A DNA stretch of 58,219 bases from Leptolyngbyaceae cyanobacterium (GTDB lineage: Bacteria > Cyanobacteriota > Cyanobacteriia > Leptolyngbyales > Leptolyngbyaceae), in NCBI GenBank assembly GCA_041749615.1, contig JBGTAZ010000355.1:1-58219 (forward strand). The letters are read 5' to 3'. The translations under genes and the position numbers were made by a program. Under the pieces are notes generated by a model that was given only the letters and a program-made list of their open reading frames with translations, did not search any database and was not told the DNA's origin. This document shows positions 28,431 through 38,346 of the stretch, one piece after another; within the stretch, counting starts at the first letter, position 1; each line of letters starts with the position of its first letter.

Positions 28431-29255
28431 ATGGCTAGCAAGCAGCAATCTAAAGACACCGATAAAAAGCAAAAGAAAGCTGATCAAGATGATGCTAAAG
28501 AGCAAAAATCTGGTAAGCACGAACAGCAGGATTCTTCTAAGGCGATCGCGAATGATGTTGGCAGCGAATCTGACTCTAGCCAAGAACTAGAAGAGCTAAT
28601 CGAAACGCTCAACGGCGACCTGACCAGCGTTGAACCCGAAGATGCCTTGGGCATTGTGGATCAGTGGTATGGCTTGCTCCACAAAGCAAAAGAACCAGAA
28701 TTGAAGGAAATTGCCACTAGCCTAAAACAGCTTCAAAAACTCTTAAAGAGTAATAAAACTGAGGCTCATGATATTGGCGAAGTGCTGGAGCAATTGGGCG
28801 AACAAACCAGCGAATGTGCTTCTGAAGCAGACAAGGGCACAAAGACCACTTTGCAAAAGTTGGGCAAACAACTGACTAAAGTTGGAGCCTCAATCAACAA
28901 GGCGGACAACCAAGAGCACTTGGATGATCTGAACTCCTTGGTCGAAACATTGGGTAGCGACGATCTGACCTCGCTAAAATCTGAAGATTCCAATACTGCG
29001 ATTGATCTGTGGTATGGCATGGTGAACAAAGCCGAAGGTGAGCAGTTTAAGGAAATTGCCAGCGGTTTGAAGGAACTGAAGCAAGTACTAAAACGCAGCA
29101 AAGCAAAACCCGAAGAGATTTCGGAAGTGCTATCTCGCCTAGGTGAACAAACTGCTGAAGTTGCTTCTGAAGCCCCTCGCGGGTTTAAAACTGTGGTGCA
29201 AAAGTTGGGCAAACAGTTGAGCAAAGCAGCCAAGGCGATCGAATCTGCTGAGTAA
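28431..29255 (+). CDS. Hypothetical helical protein built from two ~105-aa internal repeats
   Basis: Repeats LIETLNGDLTS...DQWYG...LGEQT...LQKLGKQL and LVETLGSDDLTS...DLWYG...LGEQT...VQKLGKQL; followed by a terminator. Confidence 0.8.
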   Translation: MASKQQSKDTDKKQKKADQDDAKEQKSGKHEQQDSSKAIANDVGSESDSSQELEELIETLNGDLTSVEPEDALGIVDQWYGLLHKAKEPELKEIATSLKQLQKLLKSNKTEAHDIGEVLEQLGEQTSECASEADKGTKTTLQKLGKQLTKVGASINKADNQEHLDDLNSLVETLGSDDLTSLKSEDSNTAIDLWYGMVNKAEGEQFKEIASGLKELKQVLKRSKAKPEEISEVLSRLGEQTAEVASEAPRGFKTVVQKLGKQLSKAAKAIESAE

Positions 29256-29275
29256 TGATCCTTTTGGAGAACACT

Positions 29276-29312
29276 AAAAAAGCTCCTGATTCACATGAAG
29301 CGGGAGCTTTTT
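29276..29312. terminator. Bidirectional intrinsic terminator
   Basis: aaaaaagctcctg...cgggagcttttt between convergent genes. Confidence 0.75.
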
Positions 29313-29340
29313 CTATGGCGATAGATTTGACTCATCATCG

Positions 29341-29928
29341 CTAATTTGGCTGCATTTCTCCAGCGCTCAATATGTGAGTGGCAGTTAGGTTTAGCTGGGG
29401 AAATAGGAATGAGAGAACGCGATCGCCACCTTGAAAAATCTGTTCTTCATACAATCCAGTTTCCAAGATTAAAAGGGTCACTTTAGCGGCGATCGCGTCA
29501 ACAATCCAATATTCTTGAATCCCCCGTGCAGCATACTCTGATCGCTTATATCGATAATCTCGATCCTCGTTTTCCTTGCCAGGAGAAACCACCTCAACGA
29601 CTAGCAAGGGTGGCGGCATATCAAATCCAACGAGTGAACGTTTTGCTCCGGCTAACGCGATCGCCAGTTCAGCAGATAGCACCACCAGATCAGGAATCCG
29701 CGCCGTAACTAGCCGTCCACTGACTGCAATTTCGGTGCCTCGCCCCAGTTGAGCCAGTGGCACGACCGTCAAAAACTGAGTCAATAACCAGAGAGCAATT
29801 TGCTCATTCAGCCGACTTTCGGTAGGCATGACAACCAGCGCTCCGTTGACGAGTTCATAGCGTGTATCAGTACCGTCGTCGTGATTCAAATAGTCTTCAA
29901 GGGTGAATTGATGAGTCGCAAGAACCAT
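29341..29928 (-). CDS. Uma2 family (DUF820) putative endonuclease
   Basis: RYELVNG, RIPDL, PLLVVEVVSP, DYRYKRSEYAARGIQEYWIVD. Confidence 0.92.
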   Translation of the reverse strand: MVLATHQFTLEDYLNHDDGTDTRYELVNGALVVMPTESRLNEQIALWLLTQFLTVVPLAQLGRGTEIAVSGRLVTARIPDLVVLSAELAIALAGAKRSLVGFDMPPPLLVVEVVSPGKENEDRDYRYKRSEYAARGIQEYWIVDAIAAKVTLLILETGLYEEQIFQGGDRVLSFLFPQLNLTATHILSAGEMQPN

Positions 29929-29949
29929 CGACTTGACTCCTGTTTATTT

Positions 29950-31891
29950 TTAATGTGGTTTCAGCATCGCAACCTGATTCGCATTAGCCGCAACCGCTTG
30001 ATTTTGACGAGATTGGATTTCCAGGTGAACCAGCAAAGCGTTAATGTCAGCCGGATTGACTCCACCGATGCGGGTTGCTTGCCCAATGGTGAGGGGGCGT
30101 ACTTTGGAGAGTTTTTCGCGGGATTCTTTGGAAAGGGTAGCGATCGCGTGATAATCCAAATCGGCGGCTAGTTTGCGATGTTCCTGACGGGCGATCGCGT
30201 CGATTTGGTGCTGTTGCCGCTGGATGTAGCCAGAATATTTGATGTCGATTTCGGCGGCTTCCTTTTCGGCGCGATCGAGGTCGGGATTGCCCAGCCCAAA
30301 CTGCACCAGATTTGCATAGTGAAAACCCGGTTTCCGCAGCAGGTCTGCCAGGGTGATCGAGCCTTTGATCAGTTGTTGCGTGTGGGCAGCGATCGCTTTA
30401 CCTAACTCGTCATGTTCCTTCACACGAGTGACTTGCAGCCGCTCTTTTTCGGCGGTGATATTCGCCTGTTTTTGCTGAAACAACTGCCAGCGGCGATCGT
30501 CAATCAGCCCGATTTCTCTTCCTAAGGGGGTGAGGCGTTGATCGGCGTTATCCGATCGCAGCAGTAGCCGATATTCTGAACGGCTCGTGAGCATCCGGTA
30601 GGGTTCGCGCAAGTCTTTCGTACACAAATCATCAATCAAGGTGCCGATGTAGCTGTGTTCTCGCGGAAAGTTGATCATCTCCTGACCTTGGCAGAATCGG
30701 GCGGCGTTGAGTCCGGCGACAAAGCCCTGGGCGGCTGCTTCTTCGTAGCCTGTGGTGCCGTTGATTTGTCCGGCGCAAAACAGCCCCTCAATTTTTTTGG
30801 TCATCAGCGTCGGGTAGCACTGGGTGGCTGGCAAATAGTCGTATTCCACGGCATAGGCAGGACGCAGCATGGCGCAGTGTTCTAAACCGGGGGAGCGATC
30901 GCAGCATGGCAAGTTGGAGCGTCTCCGGCAGTCCTGTGGAAAAGCCCTGAACATAGATTTCAGGACTGTCGCGTCCTTCGGGTTCTAAGAAAATTTGGTG
31001 ACTTTCCTTATCGGCAAAGCGAACGATTTTGTCTTCAATGCTGGGGCAATAGCGCGGACCTTTGGCATCTACCCAGCCGCCATAAACGGGCGACAGGTGC
31101 AGGTTCTCTTGAATAATTCGGTGAGTTTCGGGTGTGGTGCGGGTCAGGTGACAGGGCATTTGTTCGCGATCGATCCAGGCTGCGGGATCAAAGCTAAACC
31201 AGCGCACATCTGCATCGCCCGGTTGTGGTTCTAGCCCGTCGAAGTTGATCGAGCGGCGATCTACCCGTGCGGGAGTTCCAGTTTTTAGTCGCCCGGTTTC
31301 AAAGCCCAATCGGTTCAGGGTATCGGTTAAGCCCACCGCCGCGAATTCGCCAGCGCGTCCCGCTTCCATGGATTTGTTGCCGACCCAAATGCGTCCGCCT
31401 AAAAAGGTGCCCGTGGTCAAAATCACCGCTTTGCACTGAAACGCCACACCAAAGTAGGTTTGAACGCCGATCACTTCCTCGTTTGCGCCCAATACCAAAT
31501 CCGTCGCCATGCCTTCCCGCACGGTCAGATTCGGCTGATCTTCCACGATGCCTTTCATCACGGCGGCATATTCGCGCTTGTCGGTTTGCGCCCGTAGCGC
31601 CCACACTGCCGGACCTCTGGAAGAGTTCAGCACTCGCTTTTGCAGATAGGTGCGATCGCTGACTTTACCAATCTCGCCGCCCAACGCATCCACTTCATGC
31701 ACCAGTTGCGATTTTGCTGGACCGCCCACCGCCGGATTGCAAGGCTGCCACGCGATTTTGTCTAGGTTCAGCGTCAGCAGCAGCGTCCGAGAACCCAGCC
31801 GAGCCGCCGCTAGAGCCGCTTCGCAGCCTGCGTGTCCAGCTCCAACCACGACCACATCATAGGCATCCAAAAAATCAACGGGCATCGTCAT
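29950..31891 (-). pseudogene. mnmG: tRNA uridine-5-carboxymethylaminomethyl modification enzyme MnmG (GidA), frameshifted at about 30889-30893
   Basis: 5' frame [30 protein letters not shown] to AMLRSLP; 3' frame [47 protein letters not shown]. Removing one base from the G5 run fuses them. Confidence 0.93.
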
Positions 31892-31951
31892 AGCAGCGAT
31901 TGTGCAAGGGTTCAAGCTTCCATTTTAGCGGGTTGGCAGGATGAACAAGCC

Positions 31952-32098
31952 TCAACAATTCAACTCCGCAATAACCGCGTCTATACTGCCTCGAAACACT
32001 TGCCCCGATTGATACTCTGCCTTCGCGATCGCAATATTCGCCTCAATATCCGATCTTCTGCGCTCAATTCTTCTGCGCTCAATTAATCGACGTTTGAC
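31952..32098 (-). pseudogene. Startless remnant of a small antitoxin-like gene
   Basis: Reads VKRRLIERRRIERRRSDIEANIAIAKAEYQSGQVFRGSIDAVIAELNC*, resembling the C-terminal half of small cyanobacterial antitoxin-type proteins; no start codon before the kinase stop. Confidence 0.45.
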
Positions 32099-32110
32099 CC
32101 TGCAAGCTAC

Positions 32111-33217
32111 TCAACTGCTTGCAAGGAGAACTTTGGGTAGCGTAACAATAAAGCTTGTCCCTTTGCCTTCTTCACTTTCAACTTCAATGGTTCCTTGATG
32201 AGCTTCAGCAATACTCTTCGCCAAAAATAACCCCAAGCCCCAACCCGTTTGATCTTCCGCACAACTGGTTCGACGAAATTGTTGAAACAAGATTGATCGC
32301 GCCTCTAGCGGGATCGCATCGCCTTCATTGTGAACGGTAAGGCTGATTTGTGCTTCAGTTTGCTGGAGGGTCACGGTAATGGGCGTATTAAGCGCACCAT
32401 ATTTAACAGCGTTAGTCGCTAAGTTTTCAATCACTCGCCCTATCTCTTTAGGACTGCAACAACTCTTGATGTCAGAATCAGACACTACTACAAACCTTTC
32501 TCCATGAGCAAAGCTCAGATCTTCCACTAAGTCCTTGACCAGCTTCTCTAAATCGCATTCTTCAAATTTAAGCTTCAATTTCTGCCCTGAGCGCAGCCGA
32601 CTCGCATCAAGCAGATTTTGAATCATCGAATCTAGGCGATCGATCGCACAAATCATCTTCGTTGCCACATTCGCATGGGTGTCGCCTCCTTCCAGCCGTC
32701 GCAGGGTCAGTTGAGTTCCCATTCTGACAACATTGATCGGTCCTCTCAGATCATGGGTGATCGTCACCATCAGAAGTTCTTGGATATCTTGCAGTGTCTC
32801 AGAGAATTGAGTGGCAGCATCATTCACGGCTTGTTCCACCGAGCCGATAATAATATCGCGATCGCGCACACTTAACGGGGCTTCTTCCTCTAGAACTTGA
32901 AAGATCACTTGGCGGAGAATGTGGTACTCAAAAATGAGTTGATTCATTGAATAATCCGCATAGCCTGCTCGTTCGTGCCCATGCTTCTTGCCGATTCGCG
33001 TGCTTTCTACCTCATCGGCTACAACTTGGCTAGAGGTCTTGTCAGTCTGATCTGAGAGTTCATCGACCAATTGATTTAGGTATAAAGGTAATGAATCTTG
33101 CAAAACCAGAGAATCTTGATGCATTGATGCGTAAACTTCAACGCGCGCGCGCGCTTCCCACCGTTGCATGATTTTTGAAATATTTTGCAGAAGCTGATCG
33201 GCACACTGACTATACAT
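32111..33217 (-). CDS. Cytoplasmic histidine kinase (RsbRD_N-like sensor + HisKA + HATPase)
   Basis: IGKKHGHERA..YSMNQLIFEYHILRQ sensor; ITHDLRGP (H-box), ENLATNAVKY (N-box), GWGLGL, GKGTSF. Confidence 0.9.
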   Translation of the reverse strand: MYSQCADQLLQNISKIMQRWEARARVEVYASMHQDSLVLQDSLPLYLNQLVDELSDQTDKTSSQVVADEVESTRIGKKHGHERAGYADYSMNQLIFEYHILRQVIFQVLEEEAPLSVRDRDIIIGSVEQAVNDAATQFSETLQDIQELLMVTITHDLRGPINVVRMGTQLTLRRLEGGDTHANVATKMICAIDRLDSMIQNLLDASRLRSGQKLKLKFEECDLEKLVKDLVEDLSFAHGERFVVVSDSDIKSCCSPKEIGRVIENLATNAVKYGALNTPITVTLQQTEAQISLTVHNEGDAIPLEARSILFQQFRRTSCAEDQTGWGLGLFLAKSIAEAHQGTIEVESEEGKGTSFIVTLPKVLLASS

Positions 33218-33380
33218 ACATTACGCCACTATGCAAGATACGTTGCGGAAATCAAGTCAAAAAAAGAATAATTTACTAAAGAGTAATGCACCTATTCAAG
33301 CCGAGAATCTACCGATGGATATATGCGGACGACACTAGCTGTCTTCAACAATGAGTTAGATTCTAAATGTACGAGGTATC

Positions 33381-33572
33381 ATGGCGCTTAAAATAAACGT
33401 TCCAACGATTGACGCGGACTCCGCAGAGACTTTAAGGGAGACCATTCTAACCTCAGAGCCGGATGCCAAGATTGATATTGATCTGGATGCAAAGACTGTA
33501 ACTATCGAGGCAAAGGCATCCGAAGAAACCTTTAAGCAACTGGTTGAAGCGGCAGGTCATCCCATTCGATAG
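33381..33572 (+). CDS. HMA/Atx1-like small protein lacking the CxxC motif
   Basis: LKINVPTI...AETLRETI...DAKIDIDLDAKTVTIE...SEETFKQLVEAAGH matches the Atx1 fold pattern; GAGG RBS upstream. Confidence 0.75.
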   Translation: MALKINVPTIDADSAETLRETILTSEPDAKIDIDLDAKTVTIEAKASEETFKQLVEAAGHPIR

Positions 33573-33619
33573 TAGATGCGGGCGCGTTGGATTGCTGGGA
33601 CTTATCTGCAATCAACGGC

Positions 33620-34447
33620 TCAACGCATGAGTAACAGCCAAGTGCCCGTGCCAACCACTCCATCCGAGGCGAGGCTAAACTTTTTTTGAGCTGCTTTCAC
33701 AGCCGCTTGAGTTTCAGCGCCAAACACCCCATCCGATGCGCTCTTCAAAAAGCCTAATGCTTTTAAGCGGTCTTGTAGCCCGGTTACGGCTGAGCCTTGC
33801 ATCCCGATTCGCAAAATAGGCAAGGCGACCAGTTCTTGCTTTGCAGCGGATTCGCTGGAGACTGTTGGTTTTGTTGCAGTATTTTTGGCTGGCGCGGCTG
33901 GCGGCTTAGCGGGAGTGGCAGGGCTGGCTTGACCCGCAGGAACGGGAAATGAGTCGGTTGGTTTGGGAGCGGCAACGGGCGGAGTACTCGGTGCGGTGGC
34001 GGTGACTGTGGGCGAGGGGGGCAGCAGCCGATTCCAGGTTTCCGAACCGACTACGCCATCGGCAGGCAATCCAGCGGCTTTCTGAAATTTGGTGACCGCG
34101 ATCGCCGTTGGCTGATCATACGCACCATTCATTGAGCCGGTGTAATAACCCAACAGTTTCAGCACTCCTTGCAGTTCAACGACTTCTGTTCCTTGGCTGC
34201 CTGTGTTGAGTAAGGGTCGGGTTGGAGTTTTTGTGCCGATGCTAGCATCCCGTGGGGGGGTGCTGGATGCAGGGATTTTAGGCGTTTGGCTTAAGGTTGG
34301 ATTGGCGATCGCCAGACTCAACCAGCAGGTTCCTGATGCCAAAGCGATCAGAGTCAACCCGCGACATCGCCAACTTTCTGGGTGCCGTAGCTTTTCTGGG
34401 TGCCGTAGCTTTTCTAGGTGCCGTAGCAGTGTGTGGATACCAACCAT
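33620..34447 (-). CDS. Exported protein with two peptidoglycan-binding (PG_binding_1) domains
   Basis: LLNTGSQGTEVVELQGVLKLLGYY...FQKAAGLPADGVVG and LRIGMQGSAVTGLQDRLKALGF...DGVFG; Pro/Ala linker. Confidence 0.9.
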   Translation of the reverse strand: MVGIHTLLRHLEKLRHPEKLRHPESWRCRGLTLIALASGTCWLSLAIANPTLSQTPKIPASSTPPRDASIGTKTPTRPLLNTGSQGTEVVELQGVLKLLGYYTGSMNGAYDQPTAIAVTKFQKAAGLPADGVVGSETWNRLLPPSPTVTATAPSTPPVAAPKPTDSFPVPAGQASPATPAKPPAAPAKNTATKPTVSSESAAKQELVALPILRIGMQGSAVTGLQDRLKALGFLKSASDGVFGAETQAAVKAAQKKFSLASDGVVGTGTWLLLMR

Positions 34448-34628
34448 AGATGAAATCCCAAATTAATCAATCCGGCTGATTTGTCCCCGGTCATAAAGCT
34501 AGGGAACGTAGCTTGCGCCAAACGAGTTTAACCTATCTAGATGAAGCATCGTTTGCCATCAGACTCGATATTTAGCGCTACTATACAAAATCAGAGTCAG
34601 AATTCAAAGCGAAAATTGCTTAAAGTCT

Positions 34629-35600
34629 GTGAAATATTCACTCTTCAGTCGGTTTCAGGGTTGCTTCGTGGGGATGGCAATGGGCGAAGGTTTGGGAGGT
34701 GAGGTCAACAGGTTGCCTGATCATTCCAAGCCAGAAAACGCCGCTGCTTGCGCTCACCTGAAATGGAGTGCTACGGCAATTTCGCAGGGAGAACGGCTGG
34801 CGGCGGCAGGACAGGGGCTTGGTGAGCAAAGTCCCTGTCCCGATTTGCCCGATCTGTGGGAGGGGAAATCTCCGGGTGAATTATCCGCTGGTCATTTGTC
34901 TGCGGGAGAGTATGCGATCGCAACCCTCCCGATATCGCTGTTTTATCACGATAATCTGACCCAGCAACGCCATTATTTAGCAACAACCGTGGCGGCATGG
35001 GGCGGCGATGAACGAACAGCAGATGCGGTGATTGTGTTTGGCTACGCGATCGCCCAGGCAATCAAAGAGCAACTGACTCCAGCCCATTTCATTGCTCAAA
35101 TCTTGACTTATCTTCATGTTTCGTTGCCTGAGTTGGCTACCCGTTCCGCCGATTTAATTAGCACCTTGGAACGCTTAAAACGTCTGATAGCAAACGGCTC
35201 GGAGCTACACAGTGCGATCTCAGCATTTGAGTTGGATGCTGAAATTCAACCCAGGTCGGTAGAGATTGCGATCGCCCTCTACTGCTTCTTGCAAACTCCA
35301 GATAGTATATCTTTGGCGCTGAATAGAGCCGTTCGGTTCGGAATCAAGCCTGACATTGTCGGAGCGCTGGTGGGTGCTTTGGCTGGAGCCTATAGCAGCA
35401 CTGTGGGCATTCCGGCAGAAGGGCGCTGTGCCTTACAAGCTCAGTGTGCAACTTCTCAGATTCCTCAGCGGATCGAGCGGCTGTCGGCTCATTTGGTCTC
35501 TGCCTGGTCGGGCGTTTATAATCCCTTTATTCTTCAAGAAAAGGATCTTCCGATTGTTACGGTTCCCTGGATTGTTCGCTCTCAGCGAATTGTAAGCTAG
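34629..35600 (+). CDS. ADP-ribosylglycohydrolase-family protein with degenerate active site
   Basis: SRFQGCFVGMAMGEGLG, IAIALYCFL, VGALVGALAGAY...GIP; metal-binding TDD and DxDT motifs absent. Confidence 0.72.
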   Translation: MKYSLFSRFQGCFVGMAMGEGLGGEVNRLPDHSKPENAAACAHLKWSATAISQGERLAAAGQGLGEQSPCPDLPDLWEGKSPGELSAGHLSAGEYAIATLPISLFYHDNLTQQRHYLATTVAAWGGDERTADAVIVFGYAIAQAIKEQLTPAHFIAQILTYLHVSLPELATRSADLISTLERLKRLIANGSELHSAISAFELDAEIQPRSVEIAIALYCFLQTPDSISLALNRAVRFGIKPDIVGALVGALAGAYSSTVGIPAEGRCALQAQCATSQIPQRIERLSAHLVSAWSGVYNPFILQEKDLPIVTVPWIVRSQRIVS

Positions 35601-35724
35601 ATTGAGAGACGATGTTCTGCGATGAATTGTGCCTTTTTCTAATCGAGTTTGCCTTGAGAATTCTGCTTAATTTTCTGCCTGATTGGTACACCGCTCCTAT
35701 TTGCTGAGGAATTCGTGGCAAGTG

Positions 35725-38298
35725 ATGAAAGCCCTTCAATCGCTAGTGCATCGCCTGGAAAAAGCCCATCTAAAAGCCTATCTACTGGATAATCTTCGTC
35801 CATTGAGTGACTATTCCAGCGCTTTTCGTCGGGCAGTTCGTTCCGCTCAAAATGGCTCCAATATTACTGAAAGTCAACGATCGCAGCCCTCTACATCAGA
35901 ATCAGATCTTGATGCAAGCTACCGTGCAGCCCGTCCCGCTTTGCCCCGCGCCAAACAAAGCTTGCTCAAAAAAGCAAGGCGATCGCCGCTCGTTTTAGGA
36001 TTTGCCATTCTCACTTTAACCAGTGCCTTTGGCTATCGATTTTATAACGCGCCTAAGCTAGATGTTGGCAAAGCGGCTCCCCAAACGTTGTATGCTCCAA
36101 CCTCTGCCAATGTGGTGGATAACAACGCCACGGATATGAATCGGAGTGCGGCTCGAAAGGACACGCTATCGGTTTTGATGCTCGATCAAGCTGTCAACCA
36201 AACGGTGATGCGATCGCTGCAACAGCAACTTCAACAGGGCAATGAGCTTCGCCAAACGGCGGGATCTTTTCCCTATGTGGGCACCAACGCCCTGACGCTT
36301 TTCACCCAAGCTTACCTGCGGAAATTGCCTGAATCGCAGTGGCAAGCGCTACTGATTGAGGCAGATCGCGGCTTCTCTCAAACCCGTTCGGCTCCCAACT
36401 TTAAGACGGCGATTCCGGTTCCCTCGATGGATGCAGGCGCTCGAAAAGCGATCGCGGAACTCCGCAACTATCGCAGTGCGGTCGAGATGAGCCGCTACTT
36501 GAGGCTGGTTCAATCCGTCAACGAAGCCCAGTTGAAATATGTGGCGGCTCTCGCCTCTGCCACAGAGCCATCACTCGATTCTCCGAACGCCCCCAATGGG
36601 GTTCTGCTGGATTTAACGGATGCGGAGTGGCAAATTCTGCGATCGCAGACTCCACAAATTGCGGAACGAATGCTGGCTCAGGGCATTTCTCCCGCCTTAC
36701 CCTCTACGGTGCTAACGGCAGCCATCAAACTTCAGGTGCAGTCACTCCCTAACGCGGCTGAAGCGATCGCCAGTGACCTGTTAACATCGCTGTTGCAGCC
36801 CAATTTGATTCAGGATGCAACCCAAACAGAAGCAAGAGCAGAGCAAGCCGCCCAAGACATTCAACCGGTGATGGTTTCCATCAGTCGCGGCGAAAAAATT
36901 GTGCAAGCAGGCGACACGATTGGCTCCAAAGAGTTTGCCCTGCTGGATCATTTCAGCTTAAGTCGGCGCGGCATCGACTGGTTTGGCTTGGTCGGATTTG
37001 GAGCCTTAGTCAGCGGCTCAGTGGTGATCGTGTGGTTTGTCAAACGCCGATTTCATCCCTCCCTGCGGCGACGCGATGGCGTATTACTCTGGCTGTTGAG
37101 TTTAAGTACGCCGCTGTTGGTGGCGCTTCAGGTGCCATCGGTGAATCTGCCGACCATTGGGCTACTGGTCGGTGGCTTCTATGGCGCACCCTTGGGGCTA
37201 ACCGTAGCGGGGTTGCTCGCGCTACTGGTGGGTGTTGGCATGGAAGTCACTTGGAGTACCTTAATCGCCAGTGCCACGACCGGGTTACTGTGTGGTTGGC
37301 TCGGCGGCAGGTTGCGATCGCGCGAAGAATTAGCATGGCTGGGCGTGGGCGTGGGCGTACTGCAAGGGCTAATTTACCTCGTGCTCAACGTCGCATCGGG
37401 CATTGCCTGGTATACCTTGCTCAGTGCCAGCGGCATTCAGGCACTCTTAGGGCTGGCATGGGTGATTGTGGCACTGGGCATTAGCCCCTATCTAGAGCAA
37501 GTCTTTGATTTGGTCACCACCATCCGCCTGGTAGAACTCGCCAACCCTAACCGCCCCTTACTCAAACGACTCGCCTCGGAAGCCCCCGGAACGTTTCAAC
37601 ACACGCTGTTTGTGGCAACCCTGGCAGAAGCTGCCGCCCGTGACCTGGGAGGCAATGTGGAGTTAGTGCGGACTGGAACGCTCTATCACGACATTGGCAA
37701 AATGCATGATCCTCAGGGTTTTATTGAAAACCAAATGGGCGCACCTAATAAGCACGACCTGATTGATAACCCTTGGATAAGCGCTGAAATTATTAAAAAG
37801 CATGTGACTGAAGGGATTGTGATGGCTCGTAAAGCCCGCCTTCCTAGAGCAGTTCGGGCATTCATTCCAGAGCATCAGGGCACAATGCTAATCGCTTACT
37901 TTTATCATCAGGCGCAGCAGCAAGTCGAACACCAGTTAAACGAACATCAGTCAAACGAACAGCAATTGAATTCGGATGGCAATACCCTCAGCTTGAATGA
38001 TGCTGACTTTCGCTACGATGGTCCAATTCCGCAATCGCGCGAAACGGGAATCGTCATGCTGGCAGATTCTTGTGAAGCAGCATTGCGATCGCTCAAAGAT
38101 GCCACCCCAGAAGAAGCCCTTGCCATGATCAACAAAATTCTGCGTGCCCGTTGGCAAGATCAACAACTCGCTCAATCGGGGCTAACTCGCAGTGAAATGA
38201 CTGAAATTGCCACGATTTTCGTTCGGGTTTGGCAACAGTTCAATCATCAACGAATCGCCTATCCAAAGCTAGCGATCGCGCCGCAACCATCCTCCTAA
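35725..38298 (+). CDS. 7TM-HD phosphohydrolase (PgpH-like, candidate c-di-AMP phosphodiesterase)
   Basis: Extracellular domain, multiple TMs, EAPGTFQHTL, LYHDIGK, FIENQ, KKHV, EHQGT, FRYDGP.P, MLADSCEAA. Confidence 0.92.
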   Translation: MKALQSLVHRLEKAHLKAYLLDNLRPLSDYSSAFRRAVRSAQNGSNITESQRSQPSTSESDLDASYRAARPALPRAKQSLLKKARRSPLVLGFAILTLTSAFGYRFYNAPKLDVGKAAPQTLYAPTSANVVDNNATDMNRSAARKDTLSVLMLDQAVNQTVMRSLQQQLQQGNELRQTAGSFPYVGTNALTLFTQAYLRKLPESQWQALLIEADRGFSQTRSAPNFKTAIPVPSMDAGARKAIAELRNYRSAVEMSRYLRLVQSVNEAQLKYVAALASATEPSLDSPNAPNGVLLDLTDAEWQILRSQTPQIAERMLAQGISPALPSTVLTAAIKLQVQSLPNAAEAIASDLLTSLLQPNLIQDATQTEARAEQAAQDIQPVMVSISRGEKIVQAGDTIGSKEFALLDHFSLSRRGIDWFGLVGFGALVSGSVVIVWFVKRRFHPSLRRRDGVLLWLLSLSTPLLVALQVPSVNLPTIGLLVGGFYGAPLGLTVAGLLALLVGVGMEVTWSTLIASATTGLLCGWLGGRLRSREELAWLGVGVGVLQGLIYLVLNVASGIAWYTLLSASGIQALLGLAWVIVALGISPYLEQVFDLVTTIRLVELANPNRPLLKRLASEAPGTFQHTLFVATLAEAAARDLGGNVELVRTGTLYHDIGKMHDPQGFIENQMGAPNKHDLIDNPWISAEIIKKHVTEGIVMARKARLPRAVRAFIPEHQGTMLIAYFYHQAQQQVEHQLNEHQSNEQQLNSDGNTLSLNDADFRYDGPIPQSRETGIVMLADSCEAALRSLKDATPEEALAMINKILRARWQDQQLAQSGLTRSEMTEIATIFVRVWQQFNHQRIAYPKLAIAPQPSS

Positions 38299-38302
38299 AA
38301 TC

Positions 38303-38345
38303 ACTCCGCACCCCGCACCTCGCACCCCGTACTCCGCACTCCCAA
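38303..38345. repeat. Heptameric short tandem repeat (STRR-like)
   Basis: ctccgca-ccccgca-cctcgca-ccccgta-ctccgca between convergent genes. Confidence 0.75.
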
Positions 38346-38346
38346 C

